From the IMG/VR virus record IMGVR_UViG_3300046782_000608: a DNA stretch of 64,000 nt. One strand, given 5' to 3'. The stretch's first letter is position 1. Each line of letters begins with the position of its first letter. A model generated the notes under the pieces. That model was given only the letters and a program-made list of their open reading frames with translations. It had not been told where the DNA came from and did not search any database. The DNA comes from a virus. Of this stretch, positions 18,065-26,809 are shown piece after piece. The position numbers and the translations under genes were made by a program.

Positions 18065-18781
18065 ATGAACTCCACTAAAGACGAACACAGATTCGGCGAG
18101 GTTATGCGAGCCTCATTTGAAGCGGCACTTGAGATAAATGCAAGGACTGAAAGAGAACGCGACGCCGCGCGCATCGCCCTCGTGCAAGCGCAGACGGAGC
18201 GGGATGACGCTGACCGCCGGCTAAAACTTCAAGATGCCCTGCTCGCTCAACTTTCGGAGAAGGTTAATTTCTACGAGGTTCAATACCAAGATGAGCAAGG
18301 CTTGAACGGCGCCCGTGAGGAACGAGACGCGGCTCTGGCTGAAGTAGAACGATGCAGGCGTATGCAGGTGGCGGCGTATCAAGGACAATTGCGCAGCGAG
18401 ATCGCTCTCGCGGAAGCGCAGAGGAATGAAGAGCTATTAGCGCAACAGATTGTCGATCAAGCGGAAGCTCTCGGACAGGAGAAGGCCGAAGTACAAAGAC
18501 TTACTACCGTTCTCGCGGAGCGGGACGCGGAGATCGCCCGGCTGAAACACGCCGTTCAGCAGTTGGCGCAGGAGATCGAGAACGTCATGAGGCATAACGA
18601 AGCCCCGCCTGGCGCTAACGCGATGGAGATAGCCACAAATGTTGAGCAGGAATGGTATGCCGACCTACAAGACGGAGAGTTTCGTGTCCCTATCAAGATA
18701 AGACTACGCTTAATCGCTAAGATCGCCCGCGCCATCGAGGCCGCCGAAGCACGCGGGCGAGCTACCAACAAAGCAAAATAA
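18065..18781 (+). CDS. coiled-coil protein with atypical base composition
   Basis: ERDAA repeats; start moved to the ATG inside the motif at 18056-18067; G>C unlike its neighbours. Confidence 0.65.
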   Translation: MNSTKDEHRFGEVMRASFEAALEINARTERERDAARIALVQAQTERDDADRRLKLQDALLAQLSEKVNFYEVQYQDEQGLNGAREERDAALAEVERCRRMQVAAYQGQLRSEIALAEAQRNEELLAQQIVDQAEALGQEKAEVQRLTTVLAERDAEIARLKHAVQQLAQEIENVMRHNEAPPGANAMEIATNVEQEWYADLQDGEFRVPIKIRLRLIAKIARAIEAAEARGRATNKAK

Positions 18782-19167
18782 TGCCCCGTAAAAACCGCAC
18801 CATTCGTCTCTACAAAGAACAACAAGGTATCTGTTGGATATGCAGCCTTCCCATGTTTCCACCCCGTAAAAACCCTAAAACAAGAAATACACACCCATTC
18901 GAAGCAACACTAGATCACCTAGTTCCCAAACATGCTGACGGATTAAAGAACACCGCTCGTCCCGCGAAAGCCGCCCACGCAAAATGCAATAGTTCCCGCC
19001 ACCACTATCCAACATCCCACCCCGAAGTCGAACGCCACATTCAAAATATGCAAAACAAATTCAAAAATTCCAATCTTATTTCTGAGATAAACAAAGCTAG
19101 GTCCAAGTTCTTGGGTATGGCACCTGCCACCGAAACCACGCTTGCGCCGCCACCCTCACCATGCTAG
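18781..19167 (+). CDS. HNH endonuclease
   Basis: QQGICWIC...ATLDHLVP...AHAKCNSSR. Confidence 0.85.
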   Translation: MPRKNRTIRLYKEQQGICWICSLPMFPPRKNPKTRNTHPFEATLDHLVPKHADGLKNTARPAKAAHAKCNSSRHHYPTSHPEVERHIQNMQNKFKNSNLISEINKARSKFLGMAPATETTLAPPPSPC

Positions 19168-19176
19168 GCTCCCCAT

Positions 19177-19413
19177 ATGGCACCCACTCTTGTATCAAAA
19201 GCAATGCCAAACAATCCTACAAAACGCCCAACCCCCGAAGACTTAGAAAGGATCAGAGAATTCCAGCTATCTATGGCCAGAACCGCCAGAGAAGCTAGCT
19301 TTGCAATGGAACGTCTAACGCGCGCCCTGACTGCCGGCGCTGCCGCGTTCCAAAAAGCCTTCGAAAAAGAAATAAACCGCAAACGAAAAGTAAGGAACAA
19401 TCCCAATGTCTGA
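19177..19413 (+). CDS. hypothetical protein
   Basis: ORF track. Confidence 0.5.
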   Translation: MAPTLVSKAMPNNPTKRPTPEDLERIREFQLSMARTAREASFAMERLTRALTAGAAAFQKAFEKEINRKRKVRNNPNV

Positions 19414-19732
19414 ACAACCAAACATCCCAACCCCAGAATACCATCCCAACGCTCTCCTGCTAGAGCTAACATTCAACGACCACGGCCATCTAATCGTCCG
19501 CATCCCCGACTCCATGTCCCAACGCGGCGGCAAAGTAACCCTAAGCCCCGGTTCCGTTGAAGCCCAACTCCGCAACATTCTCGACGTTGAAAACAAAATC
19601 AAAAAACACGAAGCGGCTTTCTACGGCGAACCAGGCGTCCGCGATCTGGCCCGCGATCTAAAAGCTGGTCGAATAAAAACAACCCGGATCGAGAAATCCA
19701 CCGCCCCGCTCGAACTCGATCTGGACCTATAA
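19406..19732 (+). CDS. hypothetical protein, C-terminus PLELDLDL
   Basis: ORF track, AAGGA RBS. Confidence 0.7.
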   Translation: MSEQPNIPTPEYHPNALLLELTFNDHGHLIVRIPDSMSQRGGKVTLSPGSVEAQLRNILDVENKIKKHEAAFYGEPGVRDLARDLKAGRIKTTRIEKSTAPLELDLDL

Positions 19733-19992
19733 GTTGGCTTGGTACAACCTTCCAATACTCCGAAGTACCCCCTTAGCAAAACAACGCCAAGAGGACGAAG
19801 AATATTCCAAATGGCTCGAAAGCGAAAAAGATCAATCAGAATGGCCAGAATGGGTTTATTCTCGTTGGCAAGCTGATATGTATGATACTTATGGAGGAAG
19901 ATAAGGTGAGCTACTTGGGTGTGCGATGGAAGATGCACTTAAAGAGGGAAACACAGTGAACCAACCCCGCCCGGACGGCAAAGGAAGATAAA

Positions 19993-20304
19993 GTGAGCGT
20001 TGTAACCGGAGTTACTCTTCATTTCAAAGAAAACTACACAGAGTCCGTTCTCCCGAAAATAAATTCTTGGCTTAGTGACCACGAATTTGGACCGCTGATT
20101 CCAGTAGAAAAACATTACGGAGGCAACAAACATCCTCAAATAATGCTATGCGGCGCGGGGTATAATTTCTTCTCCTGCGAAGAAGATTTTATCAATTTCA
20201 TAACCAAAGAATTATATTGGGACCACGATGAAAATCTAGTTTTAATCATAAATTCCGAGGATGGTCCAGCTAAAGTTTATAGAAAGGACTATACCCATGC
20301 ATGA
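19993..20304 (+). CDS. hypothetical protein
   Basis: ORF track, AAGGAAG RBS. Confidence 0.6.
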   Translation: MSVVTGVTLHFKENYTESVLPKINSWLSDHEFGPLIPVEKHYGGNKHPQIMLCGAGYNFFSCEEDFINFITKELYWDHDENLVLIINSEDGPAKVYRKDYTHA

Positions 20305-21010
20305 TCCACTAACCCAAGCTTTTCGCATCGGCAACTTCATAACAATCTGGCACAAAGACCCACTCAACTTCAAAGGCAAAGTTTGCCGGCGCGACGATGA
20401 TAGTTGCGGCTGGTTCACTCCCCCATATCCAATTTCCGAAAAAGAAAAGATCGAAAAACTCTCCGCTTCTCAATATCGCGAAATCTTTGCTCGTCAAGTA
20501 GCAGTTCGCGAAGACAAAAGTTACGCCTACATTTGCAACGAACCAGACTGTCGCAGCGCGATTTATTGGTCCTGGCGCGCCATCAAACACCATTACAAAC
20601 CCCGCACCGTTTGGCAATACGGTTGCAAATTAACTCTATCCGAACTCGAACATATTTATTCCCTCGCAACCTGCCCCGTTGATAACCTGCAAACTACTTT
20701 CCAACAAGTCAAAGACCCCGAAACATTTCAGAATTTCTTTTTCCTCGTATTCGCGGCATACTTGCGTCATTCCCGCCCTTGGTATCGCCACCCACGTTGG
20801 CATTTCTGGCATTGGCAAATCCAAATCCACCCCATCCAAACCTTCAAACGTTGGGCCTTCTCTCGCTGCGCTACTTGTAGCAAACGTTTCTCCTATGGCT
20901 ATTCGCCAGTAACTAATTCTTGGGATGGAACCGGACCGCGTTGGTTCCGATCCGAATCCGACGTTCACCATTCCAATTGCATCAATTATTCTGGAACCCC
21001 AAAGTCATGA
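20297..21010 (+). CDS. hypothetical Trp/His/Cys-rich protein
   Basis: ORF track, start trimmed to MHDPLT. Confidence 0.65.
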   Translation: MHDPLTQAFRIGNFITIWHKDPLNFKGKVCRRDDDSCGWFTPPYPISEKEKIEKLSASQYREIFARQVAVREDKSYAYICNEPDCRSAIYWSWRAIKHHYKPRTVWQYGCKLTLSELEHIYSLATCPVDNLQTTFQQVKDPETFQNFFFLVFAAYLRHSRPWYRHPRWHFWHWQIQIHPIQTFKRWAFSRCATCSKRFSYGYSPVTNSWDGTGPRWFRSESDVHHSNCINYSGTPKS

Positions 21011-21279
21011 TTACCAAACGCCTCCCAATCGATGAACTTATCGACCGCGAAGCCCACAAGCTCGCCCTGGCCGACTACATGCAGGAGAAAAACATAACCC
21101 CCAATAAAAACCTTCCACCCGATATCGAATCCCAAATCCAAACCCTCCTATCCACAACCGACGCCTACCACATCATTGCAAAGCAAAACATCCTAGCCCA
21201 AAAGGCCGCACACGATGAAGCGCTCCGCGCCATCGGTCTAAACCCGATTGAAGTTGATGCAATGGACCTCGATCTATGA
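21007..21279 (+). CDS. hypothetical protein, C-terminus EVDAMDLDL
   Basis: ORF track, start trimmed to the ATGA overlap. Confidence 0.65.
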   Translation: MITKRLPIDELIDREAHKLALADYMQEKNITPNKNLPPDIESQIQTLLSTTDAYHIIAKQNILAQKAAHDEALRAIGLNPIEVDAMDLDL

Positions 21280-21398
21280 CCCTCGGCGACGGAATAGCAA
21301 TTGTAGGCATAGCAGCAAGTATCGCAGCTATTCTAATCGTCCGAATAGTTTTGGATTATTTTTATACCAAAATTAACCTAGGTCTAAAAAAGGAATAA
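21276..21398 (+). CDS. 40-aa single-pass membrane peptide
   Basis: Hand-translated MTLGDGIAIVGIAASIAAILIVRIVLDYFYTKINLGLKKE; ATGA overlap. Confidence 0.5.
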   Translation: MTLGDGIAIVGIAASIAAILIVRIVLDYFYTKINLGLKKE

Positions 21399-21580
21399 GA
21401 TCAAATGGACCTCAACACCGACCCACTAAAGAAACAAGCCGAAGCTGAACTTGGACACCCAATTCCAAACGAATATTGGACCAAAGAAGTAAGAGATTTC
21501 TATAAAATCTGGTTCCACGGACGAAACTACGGTGCCGAGGGAACATTTGGAATGATCTGCGGCATCGAGGACTTAAAGCG

Positions 21581-21763
21581 ATGAACAAATACGACCAAGC
21601 CAACCTGGCCGCCCTAAAACGAATACAAGTAATTATTCGTGAATCCTATCCTTATCCCGAAGATGCAGAAGCTGAATTTCCAGATTTAACTCTAGCACTT
21701 GGCATAATTCTCGGAACAGCTGAATATGCTATCCGTGAAATCGAGAAGGAACTAAAATCATGA
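21581..21763 (+). CDS. hypothetical protein
   Basis: ORF track, GAGGA RBS. Confidence 0.55.
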   Translation: MNKYDQANLAALKRIQVIIRESYPYPEDAEAEFPDLTLALGIILGTAEYAIREIEKELKS

Positions 21764-21957
21764 AAAAAGTAACCCTCCGTGTCGATCCAGATGACTACGA
21801 ATATCTCCGCAAAATGGCCGAATCCAAGTTCGACTACGGCGGCCTCAATCTAATCATTCGCCAAGTCCTCCACGCCTTCGTTATCAATACCAAAGCTCTC
21901 GAACAAAAACACCATCAACAACAACAACAAGCTCCAGTTGCCGCCGAAGGAAACTAA
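21760..21957 (+). CDS. ribbon-helix-helix-like DNA-binding protein
   Basis: KKVTLRVDPDDYEYLRKMA...LNLIIRQVL. Confidence 0.6.
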   Translation: MKKVTLRVDPDDYEYLRKMAESKFDYGGLNLIIRQVLHAFVINTKALEQKHHQQQQQAPVAAEGN

Positions 21958-21961
21958 AAGC

Positions 21962-22168
21962 ATGGCTAACAACACCGAAATAAATCCTCTTCAAGCCAAA
22001 TTAACTCCATACGTCACCGCATTAAAACATTCCGCAGACACAGGAAATGCAAAAGCTAAACAAGTGATTTCTCTTTATAAGATGTATACACAGTGTCCAG
22101 AAGTCGGCGCAGCAACTCTATGTGAAGCTTTCTTAGAAGATTGGAAGAAAGAAACAGACAATGTCTGA
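21962..22168 (+). CDS. hypothetical protein
   Basis: ORF track, start trimmed. Confidence 0.55.
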   Translation: MANNTEINPLQAKLTPYVTALKHSADTGNAKAKQVISLYKMYTQCPEVGAATLCEAFLEDWKKETDNV

Positions 22169-22412
22169 AAACTATTCCGTTTGTCAGTTCTTCGAAGATG
22201 GCAATTACGAATTCGTGCGCCGATTTATATCTCCCGAAGAAGCCGTGAATGTCGCAATTCATTATTCAACTAGCATTGCAGCCAAAAACCACATGGTAAC
22301 CCGTGTAATAATAACCGACAGCGGCGACCAATGTAATTGGGAATGGAAATTCGATGAAGGAATTACCTTTCCCCCACAATTCGTGGGAAAATTAAAGCGA
22401 GGAATTCGATAA
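22161..22412 (+). CDS. conserved hypothetical phage protein (SVCQFFEDG...RVIITDSGD...EW)
   Basis: ORF track; family recalled from rhizobial phages. Confidence 0.65.
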   Translation: MSENYSVCQFFEDGNYEFVRRFISPEEAVNVAIHYSTSIAAKNHMVTRVIITDSGDQCNWEWKFDEGITFPPQFVGKLKRGIR

Positions 22413-22828
22413 TGCCAACCAACACTGGCGGCTTTGGCGGTGTAAGTGTCGGCAAACCAACCGATACAACCCCCACCCCCAAACCAAAACCCAATGAAAA
22501 CCTAACCGCGTCCCTACGCGCAACCCTTCAAATAGTCAAAGCCGAAGACGAAGACGATTCCGATCCAATCCCATCCCCGCTTAACGAAGCAACTCCCGAT
22601 TCCGTAAACATTCTTCTCGACCGCATTAACAACCATATGATTGAAGGTAAAATCCTCACCGACGCCGACCTACGGCTCGGGATTGATCTATATCGTTCCC
22701 AAGCACTCCGCTATGCCCAAGAACAAGAAACCAAAAAACCGCGCGCTCGATCCGGGGCTAAATCAACACTAAAGCAAGTTCTCGATCTCGACGATCTCGA
22801 TTTCGACGCGCCGGCCTCAGAACAATGA
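22412..22828 (+). CDS. hypothetical protein with near-terminal KQVLDLDDLDF
   Basis: ORF track; TAATG coupling. Confidence 0.7.
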   Translation: MPTNTGGFGGVSVGKPTDTTPTPKPKPNENLTASLRATLQIVKAEDEDDSDPIPSPLNEATPDSVNILLDRINNHMIEGKILTDADLRLGIDLYRSQALRYAQEQETKKPRARSGAKSTLKQVLDLDDLDFDAPASEQ

Positions 22829-23793
22829 CCCAATTCATTCCATCCCCAAACGGAGCTTTCAGCCCCGTAAATCCCTGGCTCCAATTAGCTTGGGACTCCA
22901 CTTCCTACAACGCCATCTGCCTCTGCCCCCGATACTATTTCTACAACATCATAATGGGCTATACCCTTTCCGGTGAAATGTCCCCCGATCTTAAATTTGG
23001 AATTCTCCTACACAGTTCCGCCGAACTCTACGACCGTGCAATGGCAGACGGCGCAGCGCACGAAGAAGCAATTCTACTTGCATTTAAATTTGCCATCGAT
23101 GCAACCTGGGACGAAGAATCAAAGCGCCCCTGGACTTCCGAAGAACCAACCAAAACCCGCAACACCCTTCTAAGAACAATAGTCTGGTATCTCGACAAAT
23201 ATAGAGACGAAAACTTAAAGACCCACATCCTCTCCGATGGCCGCCCCGCAGTAGAACTTCCATTCCGCTTCAGTCTTAACAATCTAGTTCTCGACGGTTT
23301 CAAATCGCCCGACGATGAAGAATATCTCCTTTGTGGCTATATCGATAAAGTTGTTTCCTGGAACGAAGAACTCTGGATTTCTGACATCAAAACAACCAAG
23401 TACGAATTAGACGAAATCTATTTTCGCCAATATACTCCCAACAACCAAATTTCTTTATATTCCATCGCCGGCTCGGTTGTTCTTCACCAACACATCGATG
23501 GCGTTATAATCGACGGCATCCAAGTCCTGGTAGGCGGAAGTAAATTTCTCCGAAAACAAATACCCCGTTCCCCATCCATGCTCGAACGGTGGTTGCAAGA
23601 CTTTTACTTCCGAATCCGCGAAGCCGAATTCTACGCCGAAAAACAATACTACCCCATGAATTCCCGCTCTTGCGGCTGGGGCCGGAACAAATGCCAATAT
23701 TGGTCCGTTTGCAGTTCCGAACCCGAGGCCGCCTTCGACATTCTAAACAACTACTACACCAAACGGGTCTGGAACCCGCTCGAACCAAGATAA
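22825..23793 (+). CDS. PD-(D/E)XK (RecB/Cas4-like) exonuclease
   Basis: CPRYYFY...FGILLH...VELPF...GYIDKVV...ISDIKTT...QISLY; C-terminal Cys cluster. Confidence 0.85.
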   Translation: MTQFIPSPNGAFSPVNPWLQLAWDSTSYNAICLCPRYYFYNIIMGYTLSGEMSPDLKFGILLHSSAELYDRAMADGAAHEEAILLAFKFAIDATWDEESKRPWTSEEPTKTRNTLLRTIVWYLDKYRDENLKTHILSDGRPAVELPFRFSLNNLVLDGFKSPDDEEYLLCGYIDKVVSWNEELWISDIKTTKYELDEIYFRQYTPNNQISLYSIAGSVVLHQHIDGVIIDGIQVLVGGSKFLRKQIPRSPSMLERWLQDFYFRIREAEFYAEKQYYPMNSRSCGWGRNKCQYWSVCSSEPEAAFDILNNYYTKRVWNPLEPR

Positions 23794-23805
23794 AGGAAAC
23801 AGGTT

Positions 23806-24042
23806 ATGTATTGGGATGAAATCAAAGAAATGGCTACAGTGATGGTAATTTGTCTAATAGGTGTAGCAATATTTCTTAGTCTAATTTTTGGCACTATAGC
23901 AACAATACATTACAAATCATCCTGCGTTGCTGCTAAAATATACAACCCCAAACACAATACCAACTATACCTGTTCCGATTTCTTCTGGGCAGGAGAGCAA
24001 ATAAATCAATCCACTTCAACCATCAACTTAAATCAAAAGTAA
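23806..24042 (+). CDS. small membrane protein
   Basis: VMVICLIGVAIFLSLIFGTIA segment. Confidence 0.55.
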   Translation: MYWDEIKEMATVMVICLIGVAIFLSLIFGTIATIHYKSSCVAAKIYNPKHNTNYTCSDFFWAGEQINQSTSTINLNQK

Positions 24043-24212
24043 GGAACTCAAACTGTGGACAAAAACGGCAATCTAACCGAAGTGGAAAAAGCCGAATTGG
24101 CCAAGTTTCTCGAAAAACTTCGCTCCTGGTGGTTGGACCAACTAACCCCAACAAGAGATTTGATAGATTCGTTTGAAAATCTACGCAAACTGTTAGAGAA
24201 GGAATAAAATCA

Positions 24213-24425
24213 ATGGCCCATCTATGCCACTGGCCCGAATGCAAGACCGAAGTTCCTGCTGGCCTGTGGGGATGCAAAACTCACTGGTTTCAGCTTCCAA
24301 AATACCTACGAAGCGAAATCTGGCGAACCTACGTACCAGGACAAGAAATAACAAAAACTCCAAGCGCAGAATACATCGAAGTAGCCAAAAAAGTCCAGGA
24401 TTGGATCAAGTCCCAACCAAGATAG
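24213..24425 (+). CDS. small zinc-binding phage protein
   Basis: HLCHWPEC...GCKTHWFQLP. Confidence 0.65.
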   Translation: MAHLCHWPECKTEVPAGLWGCKTHWFQLPKYLRSEIWRTYVPGQEITKTPSAEYIEVAKKVQDWIKSQPR

Positions 24426-24436
24426 GAACCAAAAGA

Positions 24437-24673
24437 ATGCACCCCGCGCGCAAACTTCTGGCCAACATCGTCGCCAATAACGTCGGAACTGGACCAATAA
24501 AAGGTCTCACCGATGAAAAGCTTATTGCCGAATGGCATAACTGGAACAATAAAATAACCAACGCAACATCATGGGGCGCTGCTCTTGGTGCCGCTTACGA
24601 GTTCCGAACCGAATGCGCCCGTGAACTAGCCCGCCGTAAAATCCCAATCCCAACATCCAAAGAGGAAGAATAA
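24437..24673 (+). CDS. hypothetical protein
   Basis: ORF track, start trimmed. Confidence 0.5.
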   Translation: MHPARKLLANIVANNVGTGPIKGLTDEKLIAEWHNWNNKITNATSWGAALGAAYEFRTECARELARRKIPIPTSKEEE

Positions 24674-24676
24674 CAA

Positions 24677-25690
24677 ATGCCATCCCTATTCGACTCAACA
24701 GCGGACGCCGCCAAGTTCCTACTAATCGGCAACCAAGGCGACGGTAAAACCGGGGCCAAAGCCGCCCTAGTCGCTATTGGCTACAAGCTCCGTATGATCG
24801 ATACCGACAAAGGCTTCAAAATTCTCAAAGCTCTACTGACCGACGAAGAACATTACCCCTACGCTTCTTACATGAAAGCTCACAACATCATTCCCGACGT
24901 ATCCTATAAACCAATTGAAGTTTCAATTGAAGAAACAACAACAATGGTAAAAGGTGTTTCTTGGGAGACCCTCGGCCCAACTTCTTCTCGCGCTTGGACA
25001 GAAGTAGTAAAGCTTCTCGGCAATTGGACCGATAATGGCAAAAAGTACGGTGGCATTACAGATTGGGACGAAGATACCGTTCTCGACTTCGACACGATGA
25101 GCACGCTTGCAGAAATAGCTAAAATTTGGGCGCAAGACCTAAACGGCCACATCGGATCAATGATCGACGAACATGGCCGCGACACCGGTATTGCCCAAGA
25201 CAAAATAAACCAACTCATAATGAAGATGATGAATCCAAGCGTTCTATGCAATGTCATCTTCACCGCCCACATCAAACGGGTTGATATGAGTACCGATGTT
25301 CCCCAATCACCCGAAGCCCGGCTGCGCGACAAGAAATCAATCGATCCCCAAGGCTTCCCCGCAGTCATCGGTCAAGCAACGTCCCCATTCGTTGGCAAAC
25401 GTTTCAACGACCAATTCATCGTAAAACGGGACGGCAATGGCCGAAACGCCGAGCGCCGTATCTGGACCGTTCCAACCGACAATACCAGCACCAAAACTTC
25501 CGTTTGGTTGGAAGAATCTTATCCAGTTGAAACCGGCCTCGCCTCTATTATCCAAGCTCTCCGCTACAAACCAGCCCCAATCGAATTCCTCGAACATTGT
25601 GCCGAATTCCACAAGAAAAGAACCCAAAACCCCAACCCATCCTCCAAAGACACCAAGCCAAGCAATCTTGGCGGTTTCGGAACCAAATAG
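24677..25690 (+). CDS. AAA_24 / Sak4-like P-loop ATPase (recombination)
   Basis: LLIGNQGDGKT, IDTDKG, VLDFDTMSTL, IFTAH; neighbours an exonuclease and an SSB-like gene. Confidence 0.75.
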   Translation: MPSLFDSTADAAKFLLIGNQGDGKTGAKAALVAIGYKLRMIDTDKGFKILKALLTDEEHYPYASYMKAHNIIPDVSYKPIEVSIEETTTMVKGVSWETLGPTSSRAWTEVVKLLGNWTDNGKKYGGITDWDEDTVLDFDTMSTLAEIAKIWAQDLNGHIGSMIDEHGRDTGIAQDKINQLIMKMMNPSVLCNVIFTAHIKRVDMSTDVPQSPEARLRDKKSIDPQGFPAVIGQATSPFVGKRFNDQFIVKRDGNGRNAERRIWTVPTDNTSTKTSVWLEESYPVETGLASIIQALRYKPAPIEFLEHCAEFHKKRTQNPNPSSKDTKPSNLGGFGTK

Positions 25691-25742
25691 GCGCATCAAA
25701 ACCAACAACCCTATCCTCATCCCAAACTAAGGAATCCAACTA

Positions 25743-26303
25743 ATGTCCGACACCCAATCAAACAACCCTCTTAGCCGTAATTACCGCAACCATAAGATCG
25801 ATTTCAATCCAGACGATCTAAAATTCCATGTCTCTGGCCCCGAGTTCGAACAATACAAAGAACACTACTGCACCTTTCCTTCATACGACGAAGCCAAAGC
25901 CAAGATCGACTCCGAAGTTTCCGCCACCGAAAAGATCACAATTCAAAACATCGTATTCGAAGAACACATAGTCGATCAAAAGGGTCAAATTCTCACAATA
26001 ACCAGGATTGATCGCCGAACCGGTGACATTGCAAATATTGACACCCAATATTTCTTTCCTAATGTTCCTTGGCTTCGCACTACAATCCAAAGAGCAACCG
26101 AGCTTAAAAAAGAATTTACCGAGTTAGAAACTCAGCTTTCTAAATACCGAATTCATAAATCCCGATACCATTCCCGCATCGACGCGGACGATTACCCAAG
26201 GAGAATAAAATCTCTTCAAGACGAAATAACAAATAAACGCGAGCTGGCGGAACAGAACGATCCAGCCAAAAATTCCAACGTCGTTATCCTGAACCAGGAG
26301 TAA
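25743..26303 (+). CDS. hypothetical protein
   Basis: ORF track, AAGGA RBS. Confidence 0.65.
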   Translation: MSDTQSNNPLSRNYRNHKIDFNPDDLKFHVSGPEFEQYKEHYCTFPSYDEAKAKIDSEVSATEKITIQNIVFEEHIVDQKGQILTITRIDRRTGDIANIDTQYFFPNVPWLRTTIQRATELKKEFTELETQLSKYRIHKSRYHSRIDADDYPRRIKSLQDEITNKRELAEQNDPAKNSNVVILNQE

Positions 26304-26311
26304 TCCAAGCC

Positions 26312-26809
26312 ATGTCCGACCCCGTAAACCTGCAAGAACTTCTCGACACAACCGATGCCGATTATCCCGATCGGCCCGAGTTGCCCGAGAAGAAGACCTT
26401 CTTCGGCAAGCTCACCGGAGAAATCAAGGCCGATGTTTCCAAGGAAAAGAAAACCCCGTTCTACCACCTTGGCATTCGGCTCACCGATCCGGGCAAAGAC
26501 GTAACCCCGGACGAGATGAAGGCCGTTACCGATGCGGGCTTCAATCTTTCCGATTACGACGCGGGGGTTGATTTCTATCTCACCCCCAAGTCGATGGTTA
26601 TGTTCCGCCGTTTCACGTCTTCCATCGGCCTCGACCCGAACAAGACCTATCGGGAAAAGCTGAAGCTCGACGGGAGCGGCAACCCGACCAACGAAACCGT
26701 TGAAATCCTTCGCGGGATTGACGTTATGTGCCAAACTCCGCCGAAGGGCGACAACGGGCGCGTCTACATCGCGAACATGAACATGGTTTCGGGTGTGAAG
26801 AAAGAGTAA
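26312..26809 (+). CDS. putative ssDNA-binding (OB-fold-like) protein
   Basis: Position after the AAA_24 gene; SKEKKTPF, FYLTPKS.VMFRRF pattern; codon usage of a highly expressed gene. Confidence 0.5.
   Translation: MSDPVNLQELLDTTDADYPDRPELPEKKTFFGKLTGEIKADVSKEKKTPFYHLGIRLTDPGKDVTPDEMKAVTDAGFNLSDYDAGVDFYLTPKSMVMFRRFTSSIGLDPNKTYREKLKLDGSGNPTNETVEILRGIDVMCQTPPKGDNGRVYIANMNMVSGVKKE

Larger units (their letters stand above)
5351..22827 (+). promoter_or_regulatory. dispersed asymmetric motif (G)TCAGAACAATG, often supplying a start codon
   Basis: Exact 11-mer at 5352, 5373, 6256, 6409, 10834, 10899, 11351, 14798, 17712, 18057, 22817; one-mismatch copies at 9533, 14057, 17662. Confidence 0.8.

Noticed and set aside
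19864-19890. TTGGCA...TATGAT promoter-like sequence
   Set aside because: The spacer is 10 bp and the segment reads as a plausible 56-aa ORF (AWYNLPIL...YGGR)
4471-22827. GAAC-containing motif as an alphaproteobacterial LexA box
   Set aside because: That box is GAAC-N7-GAAC (GTTC-N7-GTTC); the copies checked lack the second half-site at that spacing
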